Origin: Desulfomonilia bacterium
Lineage (GTDB): Bacteria; Desulfobacterota; Desulfomonilia; UBA1062
Assembly (NCBI GenBank): GCA_050014195.1
Contig: JBEKDT010000008.1
Location: forward strand, 64,001 to 128,000
Length of the DNA stretch: 64,000 nucleotides
Reading direction: 5' to 3'
Shown: piece after piece, positions 1 to 9,837 of the stretch
How positions within the stretch are numbered: position 1 is the stretch's first letter
Layout: each line of letters opens with the position of its first letter
The notes under the pieces: generated by a model
What the model was told of the DNA's origin: nothing
What the model saw: only the letters and a program-made list of their open reading frames with translations
The model's database searches: none
Program-made: the position numbers and the translations under genes

Positions 1-73
1 AATTTTCTATTAGATTGAAATGAGATTTATGATGGTCAGATGCCATGCTCAGAGTGGCAAGATCGGCACATGA

Positions 74-457
74 TCAATATTGAACCGGCTTGATAGATTG
101 TGCTACTTGGAAACCTTCCTTATTGGTAATATAGTTCACTCTCACCTGCTGCCCAACTGTTAGCTTATCAAGTGGTATTGCTTTCCAATCTGCTCCATAA
201 ATTGTCGTAGTGGTCACTATAATGAAGATGTATCTCTTTCCTTCTTTGCCAGTTAGAAATATCTTTGGCCTTATACCTTTTGAAGGATCAGCGATGTGGA
301 TGTCATCTAACTTCCCAATCACTTCTGATGGGGCGATTACTTTCTTGGATACAGGAGGAGGGGTTCCCCCTTTCTGCTGGGACATGTCTGTATTCTGTCC
401 ATTGCAGGAAAAGAGGAGAACCCCAAGGGTGCAGATCAAAATTGCAACCCTCTTCAC
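74..457 (-). CDS. Lipoprotein with an OB-fold/DUF5666-like domain
   Basis: GTG start with GGAGG RBS; lipobox LFSC; beta-rich C-terminal half ending LTVGQQVRVNY...AQSI, typical of DUF5666-like barrels. Confidence 0.7.
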   Translation of the reverse strand: MKRVAILICTLGVLLFSCNGQNTDMSQQKGGTPPPVSKKVIAPSEVIGKLDDIHIADPSKGIRPKIFLTGKEGKRYIFIIVTTTTIYGADWKAIPLDKLTVGQQVRVNYITNKEGFQVAQSIKPVQY

Positions 458-492
458 CCTCCATTCACTCCTTTATTGTTACCTTGCTTATC

Positions 493-906
493 TTACTCTG
501 CAGGCTTAGCTGCTGGTGTCTCTTCTGCTTTCTTCGCTGCTTCTTTCTTTTCTGCCTTCTTCTCGGCCGCTGCTGCCTTCTTTACTGCCTTCTTTGCCTT
601 AATAACCTCAATCTTGTCTGCGTTCAGGCTGCCGGCTGCTGCTGTAATCTTTACCCACTGACCCTTCTTCACGTTGGCCATATCTTCTGCCTTCAGGGTG
701 AAGGTCTTGCCCTTTACATCGATCGTGTTAGCTGCTGTGTCAACCTTGGTGATCTTGCCCTTGATTACTTGTGTCTTTGCCATCTCAGCCTTTGCCGGTG
801 CTGCGGCTGCGGGTGCTGCTGCCGGTGCTGCTGCATCGGCTGCGAAGACCATTGTGGCGAAGCAAACCAGTGCCAATACTGCGATCATGCTAATAACTTT
901 CTTCAT
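493..906 (-). CDS. Exported Ala/Lys-rich small OB-fold protein (DUF1344/DUF5666-like)
   Basis: Signal peptide MKKVISMIAVLALVCFATMVFA; APA linker; IKGKITKVD...VKKGQWVKI barrel; AK-rich tail; RBS GGAGG. Confidence 0.75.
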   Translation of the reverse strand: MKKVISMIAVLALVCFATMVFAADAAAPAAAPAAAAPAKAEMAKTQVIKGKITKVDTAANTIDVKGKTFTLKAEDMANVKKGQWVKITAAAGSLNADKIEVIKAKKAVKKAAAAEKKAEKKEAAKKAEETPAAKPAE

Positions 907-957
907 GGTACATTCCTCCTGTGGTTTTTTTATTGATGGTACACTCTATACGTAAAG

Positions 958-995
958 AATGATTAAACGATGATTAGAAGAAGATTAAAAGATTT
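958..995 (-). promoter_or_regulatory. Tandem direct repeats (GATTA at 11-bp pitch), putative OmpR-family binding site
   Basis: GATTA at 961, 972 and 983, just upstream of a TAGAGT -10-like hexamer on the minus strand for the gene starting at 906. Confidence 0.5.
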
Positions 996-1166
996 TAATG
1001 TTGCATGGAAGACCAGGGAAAGGCACTGTCCTTACCAAGTAATTATCATCCAGAGTCTCTGTAAACAAATTCCATGCTTTAGACGTCTTATCCAATACTA
1101 CATTTTTTAAGGGTATATATGGAGCCAATCAAGGTAAAACATTACTCAATCGTAATCTTGCATTGC

Positions 1167-1194
1167 TTAAGCAGCTCTGCGGGTTAACCGATAT
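1167..1194 (+). promoter_or_regulatory. Possible sigma28-type promoter
   Basis: TTAAG-N15-ACCGATAT, ~65 nt upstream of the 1261 start. Confidence 0.3.
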
Positions 1195-1260
1195 AGGACC
1201 ATCAATGAATAACCTTAATGGACCAGAAATGAGAATATTCCTTATAAGGAGGATATCAGC

Positions 1261-3150
1261 ATGAAAGAGAGATTATCTGCAGCATGGAAGGGAATTGCTT
1301 TTATCCTGTTTTTGTCCCTGATCCTTGTCATACAGGGGTGCGGAGGCGGTGGTGGAGGATCGAGCTCAGGCGGAAGCGGCTCTTCAAGCTCCGGCCAGGC
1401 ATTGATCGGCCTTACAGATGCCGCAGGGGATTTCGTGACCTATCAGGTGGATATAACCTCTCTCACGCTGACCAAAGCCAATGGTGCCGTGGTCGAGACT
1501 CTGCCCCTGAAAACCAGCGTTGACTTCACCCAGTTGACGGACATGACGGAATTCCTGACCGCAGGTACGGTACCGGTCGGTGACTATACCAGTGCCGTCC
1601 TCACGTTAGACTATTCAAACGCGCTCATTAGTGTGGAGAACTCTTCAGGAGCTGCCGTACAAGTCCCGATTTCCAATATCCTTGACGAAGACGGCAACCC
1701 CATCACACAGCCGGTCCAGGTTACGGTGAATCTGGATGTATCTTCCCTCACCATCGCCCCGGGGGTACCGGCCCATCTCTCTCTCGACTTTGATCTTGGA
1801 GCAACGAACACTGTGACCTTCGCTGCAGATGGAACACCCTCAGTGACGGTAACCCCAATTCTCAAGGCCGATCTTCAGCCAAGCGCAGACAAGATCCAGC
1901 GCCTGAGAGGCCCATTACAGGATGTGAATGTAGCAGGCAGCTCATTCGATATTATCCTTCGTCCTTTTGCCCAGGACCTCACGGTGCATGAAACGAGCTT
2001 TGGGGTAGTGAAGGTCACTGTCGATAGCAACACTGTTTTTGATATCGACGGGGTAACCTACACAACCGGAGGACTCCAAGCGCTTGCAGCAGAGCCTGCA
2101 TACACAGGTGTCATTGCCCACGGTCAGTTCTCAACAACACCGCAGCTCCACTTTGTCGCCACAGAGGTTCTTGCAGGATCGAGTGTACCAGGCGGCACCA
2201 TGGATGTAGCGCAAGGGACCGTGCTCAACCGCGTTGGTGACATGATTACCCTCAAGGGTGCAACCCTCATAAGGGCGGGTGGCAGTATTGTGTATAATGA
2301 TAAGGTACAAGTAACATTAGGCAGTGGCACCAGGGTCAGTAAGCAGTTGTCTAAAGACAAAACCCTCACAAAAGACGATATTTCGGTGGGCCAGCGCGTC
2401 ATGGTGTTCGGGACCCTTACGAATACCGATTCCAGCAACCTCCAGCTTGATGCTTCCAGCGGTTATGCACGCATGCTCCTGACCGTACTCATCGGGAGCG
2501 TAGCGACCCCGGACAGCAGTGCTGAGTTGGGTATGAATCTGCAGGCTATTGACTGGCGGAAGATATCCCTGTTCGATTTCACCGGCACGGGCATCGATGC
2601 GTCCAATGATGCAGTCCCAACCAATTATATTGTGGACACAGGCACCTTGGACACCTCTGCCTTTATCACAGGGACACCCATCAAGGTGAGGGGGTTTGTG
2701 AGCCCGTTCGGAACAGCAAATCCCACAACAGTCCCTGACTTTGAGGCACAGACCATTATTGATGTCTCTGATGTGGTCGGTCTGATGAATGTGGGCTGGG
2801 GACTCGGGAAGAAAGATGCATTCGGAGGCATTACCGGATCAGGCCTCTCATTAAATCTTGTGGATGCCGGGTTCTTCCATCGGATGAACAGGGTGGGGGT
2901 GATAACGGATCTGGATTCACTGTCTGTCACAACCCCGGAGATTGTTCCCACGGGAAACAGCACGGACCGGTTCCGGATAGACCAGGGCAGTGTCTCCCAG
3001 GTTTACTCCTCATTTTCAAGCTTTGAGACCGATCTCCAGAGCAAGATTACAGCAGGAGCTAAGGTGAAGCACATCTATGCCTGGGGCACATTCAATAACA
3101 CCACCGCAACCCTTATCTCAGGGTATGTCATCGTGAAACTCAGCAGTTAG
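1261..3150 (+). CDS. DUF4382-domain lipoprotein with repeated OB-fold/DUF5666-like modules
   Basis: Lipobox IQGC followed by a Gly/Ser linker; IGLTDA...LSLDFDL motifs of DUF4382; RBS AGGAGG. Confidence 0.75.
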   Translation: MKERLSAAWKGIAFILFLSLILVIQGCGGGGGGSSSGGSGSSSSGQALIGLTDAAGDFVTYQVDITSLTLTKANGAVVETLPLKTSVDFTQLTDMTEFLTAGTVPVGDYTSAVLTLDYSNALISVENSSGAAVQVPISNILDEDGNPITQPVQVTVNLDVSSLTIAPGVPAHLSLDFDLGATNTVTFAADGTPSVTVTPILKADLQPSADKIQRLRGPLQDVNVAGSSFDIILRPFAQDLTVHETSFGVVKVTVDSNTVFDIDGVTYTTGGLQALAAEPAYTGVIAHGQFSTTPQLHFVATEVLAGSSVPGGTMDVAQGTVLNRVGDMITLKGATLIRAGGSIVYNDKVQVTLGSGTRVSKQLSKDKTLTKDDISVGQRVMVFGTLTNTDSSNLQLDASSGYARMLLTVLIGSVATPDSSAELGMNLQAIDWRKISLFDFTGTGIDASNDAVPTNYIVDTGTLDTSAFITGTPIKVRGFVSPFGTANPTTVPDFEAQTIIDVSDVVGLMNVGWGLGKKDAFGGITGSGLSLNLVDAGFFHRMNRVGVITDLDSLSVTTPEIVPTGNSTDRFRIDQGSVSQVYSSFSSFETDLQSKITAGAKVKHIYAWGTFNNTTATLISGYVIVKLSS

Positions 3151-3164
3151 TCTGAAAAATGAAC

Positions 3165-3188
3165 GGGCGTGTATTTACATACACGCCC
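3165..3188 (+). terminator. Hairpin terminator after the lipoprotein gene
   Basis: GGGCGTGTAT-ttac-ATACACGCCC 10-bp stem followed by T-rich sequence. Confidence 0.65.
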
Positions 3189-3334
3189 CGTATCTTGTCT
3201 TTATTGGTATCTTTTTTAAACTATCTCGTTAGGTTTCTGTGTCCACTTTTTCTGGGGAAGTCCCGACGACAAATCCAAAGGCAGCAAGATCGAGTCTTGC
3301 TGTGCGCACTTAGTGTTGAATCTTTCAGCGTATT

Positions 3335-5179
3335 CTACCCCCTCCGCTCTATGCCTTCCCAGAATCGGTCCTCGATCTCCTTCTTGCGCATCTTGCCGTC
3401 GATGTGGCGGGGAAGCGTCTCGACGAATTCCACGTACTTCGGGATCTTGTAGCCGATGAGCTTGAGGGCTTTCAGATGGTCGATGATGTCCTCCTCCCTG
3501 ATCATATGTCCGTCTTTGGGCTGGATCACTGCAGCAGGCACCTCGCCGAGTTCCTTATGTGGATAGCGCACCACGGCCACATCCAGAACCTTGTCATGCT
3601 TCTTTATGGCCGCCTCGATCTCGTTGGGAAAGATGTTCACACCGCCGGTGATGATCATCTCCTTCTCCCTGCCGGTGAGGTAGAGGAATCCATCCTCGTC
3701 CAGATGCCCCCTTAAACCGTCGTCGAACCAGAGCTCACCGTCAACAAGCTTGAAGGCACTCTCCAGCTTCTCGGGCGAGCCCACATAATTGAGACTCACC
3801 GTGGTAAGACTCCTGGTCAATATCTTTCCGTCCTTGCCCGGCGGGCACCAGGTAGAGCCCTCCTCATCATAGACCCGTGTTTCTGCACAGCGCACTTTCC
3901 CCACACTCTCGTATCGCTTGGGTTTTTCCTCGTAGTCCTTGGGCAGCAGGACCGTCGCCACCGCGGTCTCGGAGGAGCCGTAGAACTCGGTGAACACGTT
4001 TTTGATGCATCCTTGCTGTTTAAAGAATGCATTGGTCGCTATCTTGAGCTCCGGGGTGGCAGGCGCGGCTGCGCAGATAATCGTATGCATGGAGCTTAAG
4101 TTGTAGCGCTTCTTAACGGACTCCGGCAGGGCAAGAATCCGCTCGAGCATGGCCGGCACGACAAATACCCAGTTGATCCGCTCCTGCTCAATAATCCTTA
4201 AGAAATCTTCAGGATCGAATTTCCTCATGGGCACACCGGTGCCTCCGAGCAGGATGAAGGGTACCCAGCCCGCAATGGAACCTGCATGGTACAGAGGCCC
4301 AGGGATGAGGCAGCGCATGTTTTTTGTGATGGGGTCGGTAATCTCAGTGCCGCCGAACCAGAACATGAAGCTGAACTGGAGGACGAGGAACCTGAGATAT
4401 TCTGCCAGCGGTACTTTGGGTGCCTCGGCCAGGTCGCTGAAGGCATAGCCGATGCTGTCGAAGTAGTTTATGTTTTTAGGCATTCCGGTGGTGCCGCCCG
4501 TGTAGGGATTCAATGCCACGGCAAAGTGGGTCTCCGGCATGGTTCCTGATGCGCCGGAAAGGAGATCCTCATAATTCAATGCGCCTGGAGGGGTGTCCTT
4601 GCCCACCACGATGTAGTGCTCAATGCTCGGCAGCTGGTCTCTGATGGGCATGATCTCGCTTACAAATTCATGGTGGAGGATGAGGACTTTGGGCTTTACG
4701 CGGTTTATGGAATCAACGAGTTCAACACCTTCCATGTGCCAGTTGAGAAACGGCATGGGGCAGCCTATGAGGGAGCATGCAAAGAAGCCCTCGAAGAACT
4801 CATTGCCGTTATAGAGCAGCTCGGCGCACCGGTCCTTTGGTTCGACCCCGAGTGTATGGAGGGCATTGGCAAGCCTGAAGACCCTGTCCTTAAGGTGGTT
4901 ATACGTAAACCTGGAGCCTTCCGAGATAAGGGCATCGCGGTCTCCGAATACCTCCCACATCGACACAAGAAAATTCGGTGTGATCTTCTCCAACCTGAAA
5001 TTTGCAAGTGACTTAATCGTCTTGATGTGTCCGGTCTTGCTGCCTGTCTTCAGGAGGATACGAAGGGTGTTGAGACCCCCCCACTGTGTATAGAATGTCT
5101 TCAGGAGCCCTTTGGTCTGCTCCATGGATGCCAGGATAGGGATGGCCTTGGCAAGATTCCTGAAATTTTTGTCCCCCAC
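3335..5179 (-). CDS. AMP-dependent acyl-CoA synthetase (ANL family), atypical
   Basis: YTGGTTGMPK P-loop, PLYH, FYGSSE, GREKEMIITGGVNIFP and terminal GK motifs; GTG start with GGAGG. Confidence 0.9.
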   Translation of the reverse strand: MGDKNFRNLAKAIPILASMEQTKGLLKTFYTQWGGLNTLRILLKTGSKTGHIKTIKSLANFRLEKITPNFLVSMWEVFGDRDALISEGSRFTYNHLKDRVFRLANALHTLGVEPKDRCAELLYNGNEFFEGFFACSLIGCPMPFLNWHMEGVELVDSINRVKPKVLILHHEFVSEIMPIRDQLPSIEHYIVVGKDTPPGALNYEDLLSGASGTMPETHFAVALNPYTGGTTGMPKNINYFDSIGYAFSDLAEAPKVPLAEYLRFLVLQFSFMFWFGGTEITDPITKNMRCLIPGPLYHAGSIAGWVPFILLGGTGVPMRKFDPEDFLRIIEQERINWVFVVPAMLERILALPESVKKRYNLSSMHTIICAAAPATPELKIATNAFFKQQGCIKNVFTEFYGSSETAVATVLLPKDYEEKPKRYESVGKVRCAETRVYDEEGSTWCPPGKDGKILTRSLTTVSLNYVGSPEKLESAFKLVDGELWFDDGLRGHLDEDGFLYLTGREKEMIITGGVNIFPNEIEAAIKKHDKVLDVAVVRYPHKELGEVPAAVIQPKDGHMIREEDIIDHLKALKLIGYKIPKYVEFVETLPRHIDGKMRKKEIEDRFWEGIERRG

Positions 5180-5251
5180 GTGATACCTCCTTGTGACAAT
5201 TTCACTTACATCGTATCGGACCCATGCGATTGCATGAGCCGATTTTTCACA

Positions 5252-7051
5252 TCACGACAAATGAATACTATCATCCCCGGCAGGAGAAAGGGGCCTGCCG
5301 TGGATCTCTCGCACCTTGTTCCTCAGGACTTTACCCACAGGGCTCATCGGGAAGGCGTCGGTAAACACAACCGACTTCGGCCGCTTGAACCCGGTCATCC
5401 TGTCTTTGCACCAAGTTATGATTTCTTCTTCCGTGGCTGTTTTGCCGGGTTTCAATACCACCACCGCCCTGACAATGTTACCCCATGTCTCATCAGGTAC
5501 GCCGATAACACACACTGCATCAACATTTTCATGTCCTTGAAGTACCTCTTCTATTTCGTGGGGGAAGACCTTCTCCGCACCTGTGGAGATACACTCTCCT
5601 TTGCGGTCAACAATGATGAGCTCACCTTCGGCATCGATGTAGCCGAGATCGCCCGAGTGAAACCACCCGTCCTTGATTACCTCGGAGGTCTTCTGTGAAT
5701 CACCATAATAGCCCTTCATGATCGTGCCGCTCTGATAGAGGATTTCGCCGGTGTCGCCCTGAGGGACATCCTGGCCCTTCTCGTTCACAATGCGCATCTT
5801 GATGCCCGACAGGGGGCGTCCGACCGACTTGTTTTTGATGGTCTCCGGTGAAGCATCGATCCGAAGTGTCGTGTCGGGCGTCATCTCTGTCTGTCCGAAC
5901 ACATCCACCACGAGTGAGTTGGGGAATTTCTCAAGGATCTGTTTCTTGCGGTGTGCAGGATTGGCCCCGGCGCCCGTCATGGCCACGAGCACCGACCTGA
6001 GGTCATACCGGTCGATTTGAGGGTAATCGAGGACCATTTTCCACTGGGTCGGCACGAGGAGCATCACCATGGGCTTTTCCCGCACGATGGTCTTGAGTAC
6101 CTCCTCGGGATCGAAATGGATGCCTTCCCGGAGGATGAAGTGGATAAGCCCGGACATGGGTCCGATAATAAGGAGCTGGTAGTTGGCCATGTGGAAGAGC
6201 GGCATGTTCATGAATATGGACAGACCACCCGTGATCCTGCCGAGAACCGGGCCCAAGGGCTTGCCGGTGGTCTTGGAGAGCAGGGCGGGGACATTCTTGG
6301 AGACAAACGAGCGTACCTTCGGAGATCCCATGAGCCTGTTCAGGGGGCGTTCGAGTGCCGGTACATGGAAGAGGCCGGCGATTATCCTGCCGAAGTTCAC
6401 CTTCTCATCGGATGCGAGTCTCCCGATCAGATCGCTGAAGAGCGACTCCGCGAGGTTCCAGAAGTTGGAGTAGGTGAGCACAACCCCCTTGGGCAACCCT
6501 GTGGTGCCGCCCGTATAGCAGATAGTGCAGACATCCTCCTGACTGGTGCATGCAGGAGGTTCGGTTGCCGGATGTGATGCTATCAATGTTTCATAGTCGA
6601 GCATACGCTCCGGTACCGGACTACCATGCCGGGGTATGCATATGGTGTGTCTGATCTTTTTTGTATTTTGAAGGGCCTTGAGCGCCTCTTTTTCGAACAG
6701 GTCCTCCAGGATGAGGACTTCAGCGTCAGAGTGGGTGAGCTGGTATTCGATCTCCCGGGCCACAAACCTGAAGTTAATCGGTATGGGAACAGCACCAAGC
6801 TTCTGGAGTGCATAATTAGTCTCGATGAATTCCGGGCAGTCATGCAACAGGATTGCAGCGTGATCGCCTTTGGTTATGCCGAGTCCCTTTAGGGCGTTGG
6901 CGAGCCTGTTCACCCGGTTATTGAGGTCTTTCCAGGTGATCTTTGCAGGCCCGCAGGTTATTGCGATGCCGCTACCGTTAAAGCGGGCCATGGAGGCGAT
7001 GAGCTCACCGAAACTTTTCCTGGAAGAAGGTCTCACATCATGCCCTGTCAC
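5252..7051 (-). CDS. AMP-dependent acyl-CoA synthetase (ANL family)
   Basis: YTGGTTGLPKG, PLFH, FGQTE, WFHSGDLG and PMSPVGKV motifs. Confidence 0.92.
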   Translation of the reverse strand: MTGHDVRPSSRKSFGELIASMARFNGSGIAITCGPAKITWKDLNNRVNRLANALKGLGITKGDHAAILLHDCPEFIETNYALQKLGAVPIPINFRFVAREIEYQLTHSDAEVLILEDLFEKEALKALQNTKKIRHTICIPRHGSPVPERMLDYETLIASHPATEPPACTSQEDVCTICYTGGTTGLPKGVVLTYSNFWNLAESLFSDLIGRLASDEKVNFGRIIAGLFHVPALERPLNRLMGSPKVRSFVSKNVPALLSKTTGKPLGPVLGRITGGLSIFMNMPLFHMANYQLLIIGPMSGLIHFILREGIHFDPEEVLKTIVREKPMVMLLVPTQWKMVLDYPQIDRYDLRSVLVAMTGAGANPAHRKKQILEKFPNSLVVDVFGQTEMTPDTTLRIDASPETIKNKSVGRPLSGIKMRIVNEKGQDVPQGDTGEILYQSGTIMKGYYGDSQKTSEVIKDGWFHSGDLGYIDAEGELIIVDRKGECISTGAEKVFPHEIEEVLQGHENVDAVCVIGVPDETWGNIVRAVVVLKPGKTATEEEIITWCKDRMTGFKRPKSVVFTDAFPMSPVGKVLRNKVREIHGRPLSPAGDDSIHLS

Positions 7052-7212
7052 AACGCCACCTCTGTAAGATTGAGAAAATGCGAATTCAAAATAATATCAC
7101 CGGTTATCTCACCCGGGCAAAATACATATGATAGTTATATGATAATACATTAAAACAAGATCGGTTTCAATACGATTAGCAGTCAGGCGCCGCACATCCA
7201 TGTCGGCCCAAG

Positions 7213-7244
7213 AAAAAGGGCGGGCATCTCGAAGAGGCCCGCCC
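7213..7244 (-). terminator. Intrinsic terminator of the 7304-8965 gene
   Basis: GGGCGGGC/GCCCGCCC stem with a T5 run on the minus strand. Confidence 0.75.
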
Positions 7245-7303
7245 CGCGCAACGGAGTTTTTTTACCTGTGTCCTTAAATCGGGTGATGTCTGCTCACCCT
7301 TGA

Positions 7304-8965
7304 TTATGAAGAGAGTTGATCCTTGGCATACATTGTCCTGATAAGCTTTTTGTCGATCTTACCGACGCTCGTCTTGGGTATCTCTTCGGTAATGACATAC
7401 CTCTCAGGAATGGCGTACTTGGGAATCTTGCCCTGAGATGCACAGGTCTTCATGAACTCCTTGAGCACCTCCTCGGTGACACCGTCGCCCCTGAACTGGG
7501 GTTTGAGGATAACCAGCAGCAAGGGCCGTTCGCCCCACTTGGGGTCGGGAACGCCGATGGCCGCCGCCTCCTGGATAGCCTCATGCGTGCTGATGGCATT
7601 CTCCAGGTCCAGCGAGGAGACCCACTCACCGCCCGTCTTGATGACATCCTTGAGCCGGTCGGTGATCTGGATATACCCTTCTGAATCCATGTAGCCCACA
7701 TCCCCGGTATGGAGCCATCCGCCGCTCCAGAGGTCTCCGGTCTTTTCCGAATCTTTGTAATAGCCATGAGTGAACCAGGGTGCACGCACCACAATCTCGC
7801 CGGTGGTTTGGCCGTCGTTCGGCAGGAAATTGCCTTGGGGGTCGGCAATTCTCACATCCACGAGCGAGATAGGCATGCCGGTCTTGATGGCGATCTCACT
7901 CTTGCGCTCGTTGTCGCAACCTTTCATGGATGGTTTTAGGTTTGATACACTGATCACGGGGCAGGTCTCGGACATGCCGTAGCCCGTCATCACCTGGATT
8001 CCAAGGTCGATGGCTGCCTGGGCAAGCCCCTTGGCCAGCCTGGCCCCGCCGATGACGACCTTCCAGAATGAGAGGTCGTACTTCTTGGAGATGGGGCTGT
8101 TCACCAGCATCTGGAGGATGGTGGGCACGCAGTGGGAGAAGGTGACCCTTTCTTCCAGGATGAGCTTTATAAGCATCTCAGGCTCATACTTGCCGGGGTA
8201 GACCTGTTTAATACCCATCATGGTGGCTATGTAGGGGAATCCCCAGGCATGGACGTGGAACATGGGGGTGATGGGCATATAGACATCCGAGGTGGAGAAC
8301 CTCAGCGGGGTGTCATGGCAGCTGACTGCTATGCACACGCTCATGGTGTGGAGGACAAGCTGCCGGTGTGTGAAGAACACGCCCTTGGGCAATCCTGTGG
8401 TGCCGGTTGTATAGAATGTGGTTGCCTTGGTGTTCTCATCGAGATCCGGGAAGTCGTAGTTCGGAGATGCCTCCTTGAGCATCTGCTCATACTCGGCATC
8501 GATCGACAGGTCGGTCTGCGGCATCTCATCCGTATCCTTGAGGACCACAATCTTCTTCACGGTCTTGATCCGGTCCCTGATGGATGCGAGCAGGGGCAGA
8601 AAGTCGGCATTGATGAGCACGACATCGGCCTGGGCATGGTTCATAGTGTACTCGATCTGATCCGGCGAGAGCCGCCAGTTTACCATGAACAGCACTGCCC
8701 CCAGCATGGGGACTGCGAAAAAGCTCTCCAGGTAGCGGTGCGAGTCGTAGTCAAAGACCGCGACCGTATCCCCCTGCTTCACACCCAGCTTGTTAAGGGC
8801 GCTGCCGAGCCTGTCTATCCTCTCGAAGAGGTCGTTGTAGGTGTAGCGCACCTTGTTGCGGTATACGATCTCCTGACTTCCTGCGCTGATCCTTGGGGTG
8901 TTGAGCAGGTCTTTTATCGTGAGCTGGAACCGGTATTGTTGTCCGTTAAGGGATCTTGCCGCCAT
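7304..8965 (-). CDS. Medium/long-chain fatty acid-CoA ligase (AlkK/DmdB-like)
   Basis: YTTGTTGLPKG, PMFHVHAWG, GYGMSET, LHTGDVG, KTGGEWVSS and PKTSVGK motifs. Confidence 0.92.
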   Translation of the reverse strand: MAARSLNGQQYRFQLTIKDLLNTPRISAGSQEIVYRNKVRYTYNDLFERIDRLGSALNKLGVKQGDTVAVFDYDSHRYLESFFAVPMLGAVLFMVNWRLSPDQIEYTMNHAQADVVLINADFLPLLASIRDRIKTVKKIVVLKDTDEMPQTDLSIDAEYEQMLKEASPNYDFPDLDENTKATTFYTTGTTGLPKGVFFTHRQLVLHTMSVCIAVSCHDTPLRFSTSDVYMPITPMFHVHAWGFPYIATMMGIKQVYPGKYEPEMLIKLILEERVTFSHCVPTILQMLVNSPISKKYDLSFWKVVIGGARLAKGLAQAAIDLGIQVMTGYGMSETCPVISVSNLKPSMKGCDNERKSEIAIKTGMPISLVDVRIADPQGNFLPNDGQTTGEIVVRAPWFTHGYYKDSEKTGDLWSGGWLHTGDVGYMDSEGYIQITDRLKDVIKTGGEWVSSLDLENAISTHEAIQEAAAIGVPDPKWGERPLLLVILKPQFRGDGVTEEVLKEFMKTCASQGKIPKYAIPERYVITEEIPKTSVGKIDKKLIRTMYAKDQLSS

Positions 8966-9144
8966 ACTGACCTCCTTACAGTCATTTTAGTATCTGTTCG
9001 AGATAATCGGATGAAATGGGTTTCTTAACAATCAGTTACAGACCGTTTCTTTTGTGCATGAAGGGAGGAAAAATAGATAGGGAGATGACCTACAGAGGCG
9101 TGACCAATCTTGTAGGGGCTGTTCCGAACCGAGATGCAGGGTGT

Positions 9145-9837
9145 TCAGGTGTTGTTCTGATGTTCCTTCTCGAACCAGTTCAGTGCGTATCGCAGGAGCT
9201 CTGTGGCATTCTTCAGGTTCAGCTTTTCCTTTATCCGCTCCCGGTAGGTGCCGATGGTCTTCACGCTCAGGTGGAGCTTATTGCCGATCTCGCTGATGCT
9301 CAAGCCTTCTCCGATGAGCTGGAAAACCTCGATCTCCCGGTCCGTGAGGGCCTGGAGAGGAGATTCTGTAGGTTCTCTTGGGCCTTCGATGAATCTGGTG
9401 AGGATATTTTCCGTAACCTTTTTGCTTGCATAGATACCTCCGGTCAAAACCTGACGGATAGCCTGGACCACAGACTCGGATGCCTCCTGCTTCATGACAT
9501 AGCCGCGTGCACCTGCCCTGAATGCACGCTCGGCATAGAGCGATTCGTCATGCATGGAGATAACCAGCATAGGGATGCCCTTGTTGTACTTGTGGATCTC
9601 CTTGATAAGGTCTATGCCGCTCATGTCCTTCAAGGTTATGTCCACGATGATCATGTCGGGACTGAGTGTATTGACGGCCTTCATGGCGCCGTGGTAGTCC
9701 TCGGCTTCGCCGCATATCATGAGATCGTCCTCCTGGCTGATGAGCTGCATGAGCCCGTGTCTGAAGATGGGGTGGTCGTCCACGATGAGGATTCTGTGTT
9801 TCTGGTCTCTTGGGGGTTTATCCTGCGGCATCATCAC
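9145..9837 (-). CDS. NarL/LuxR-family response regulator
   Basis: REC domain (VDDHP, VDI, K) plus LTDREIEV...LSVKTI helix-turn-helix. Confidence 0.95.
   Translation of the reverse strand: MMMPQDKPPRDQKHRILIVDDHPIFRHGLMQLISQEDDLMICGEAEDYHGAMKAVNTLSPDMIIVDITLKDMSGIDLIKEIHKYNKGIPMLVISMHDESLYAERAFRAGARGYVMKQEASESVVQAIRQVLTGGIYASKKVTENILTRFIEGPREPTESPLQALTDREIEVFQLIGEGLSISEIGNKLHLSVKTIGTYRERIKEKLNLKNATELLRYALNWFEKEHQNNT

Noticed and set aside
9004-9028. Sigma28-like TTAAG...TCCGATTA upstream of the fatty acid-CoA ligase
   Set aside because: The 12-nt spacer is too short for the sigma28 consensus
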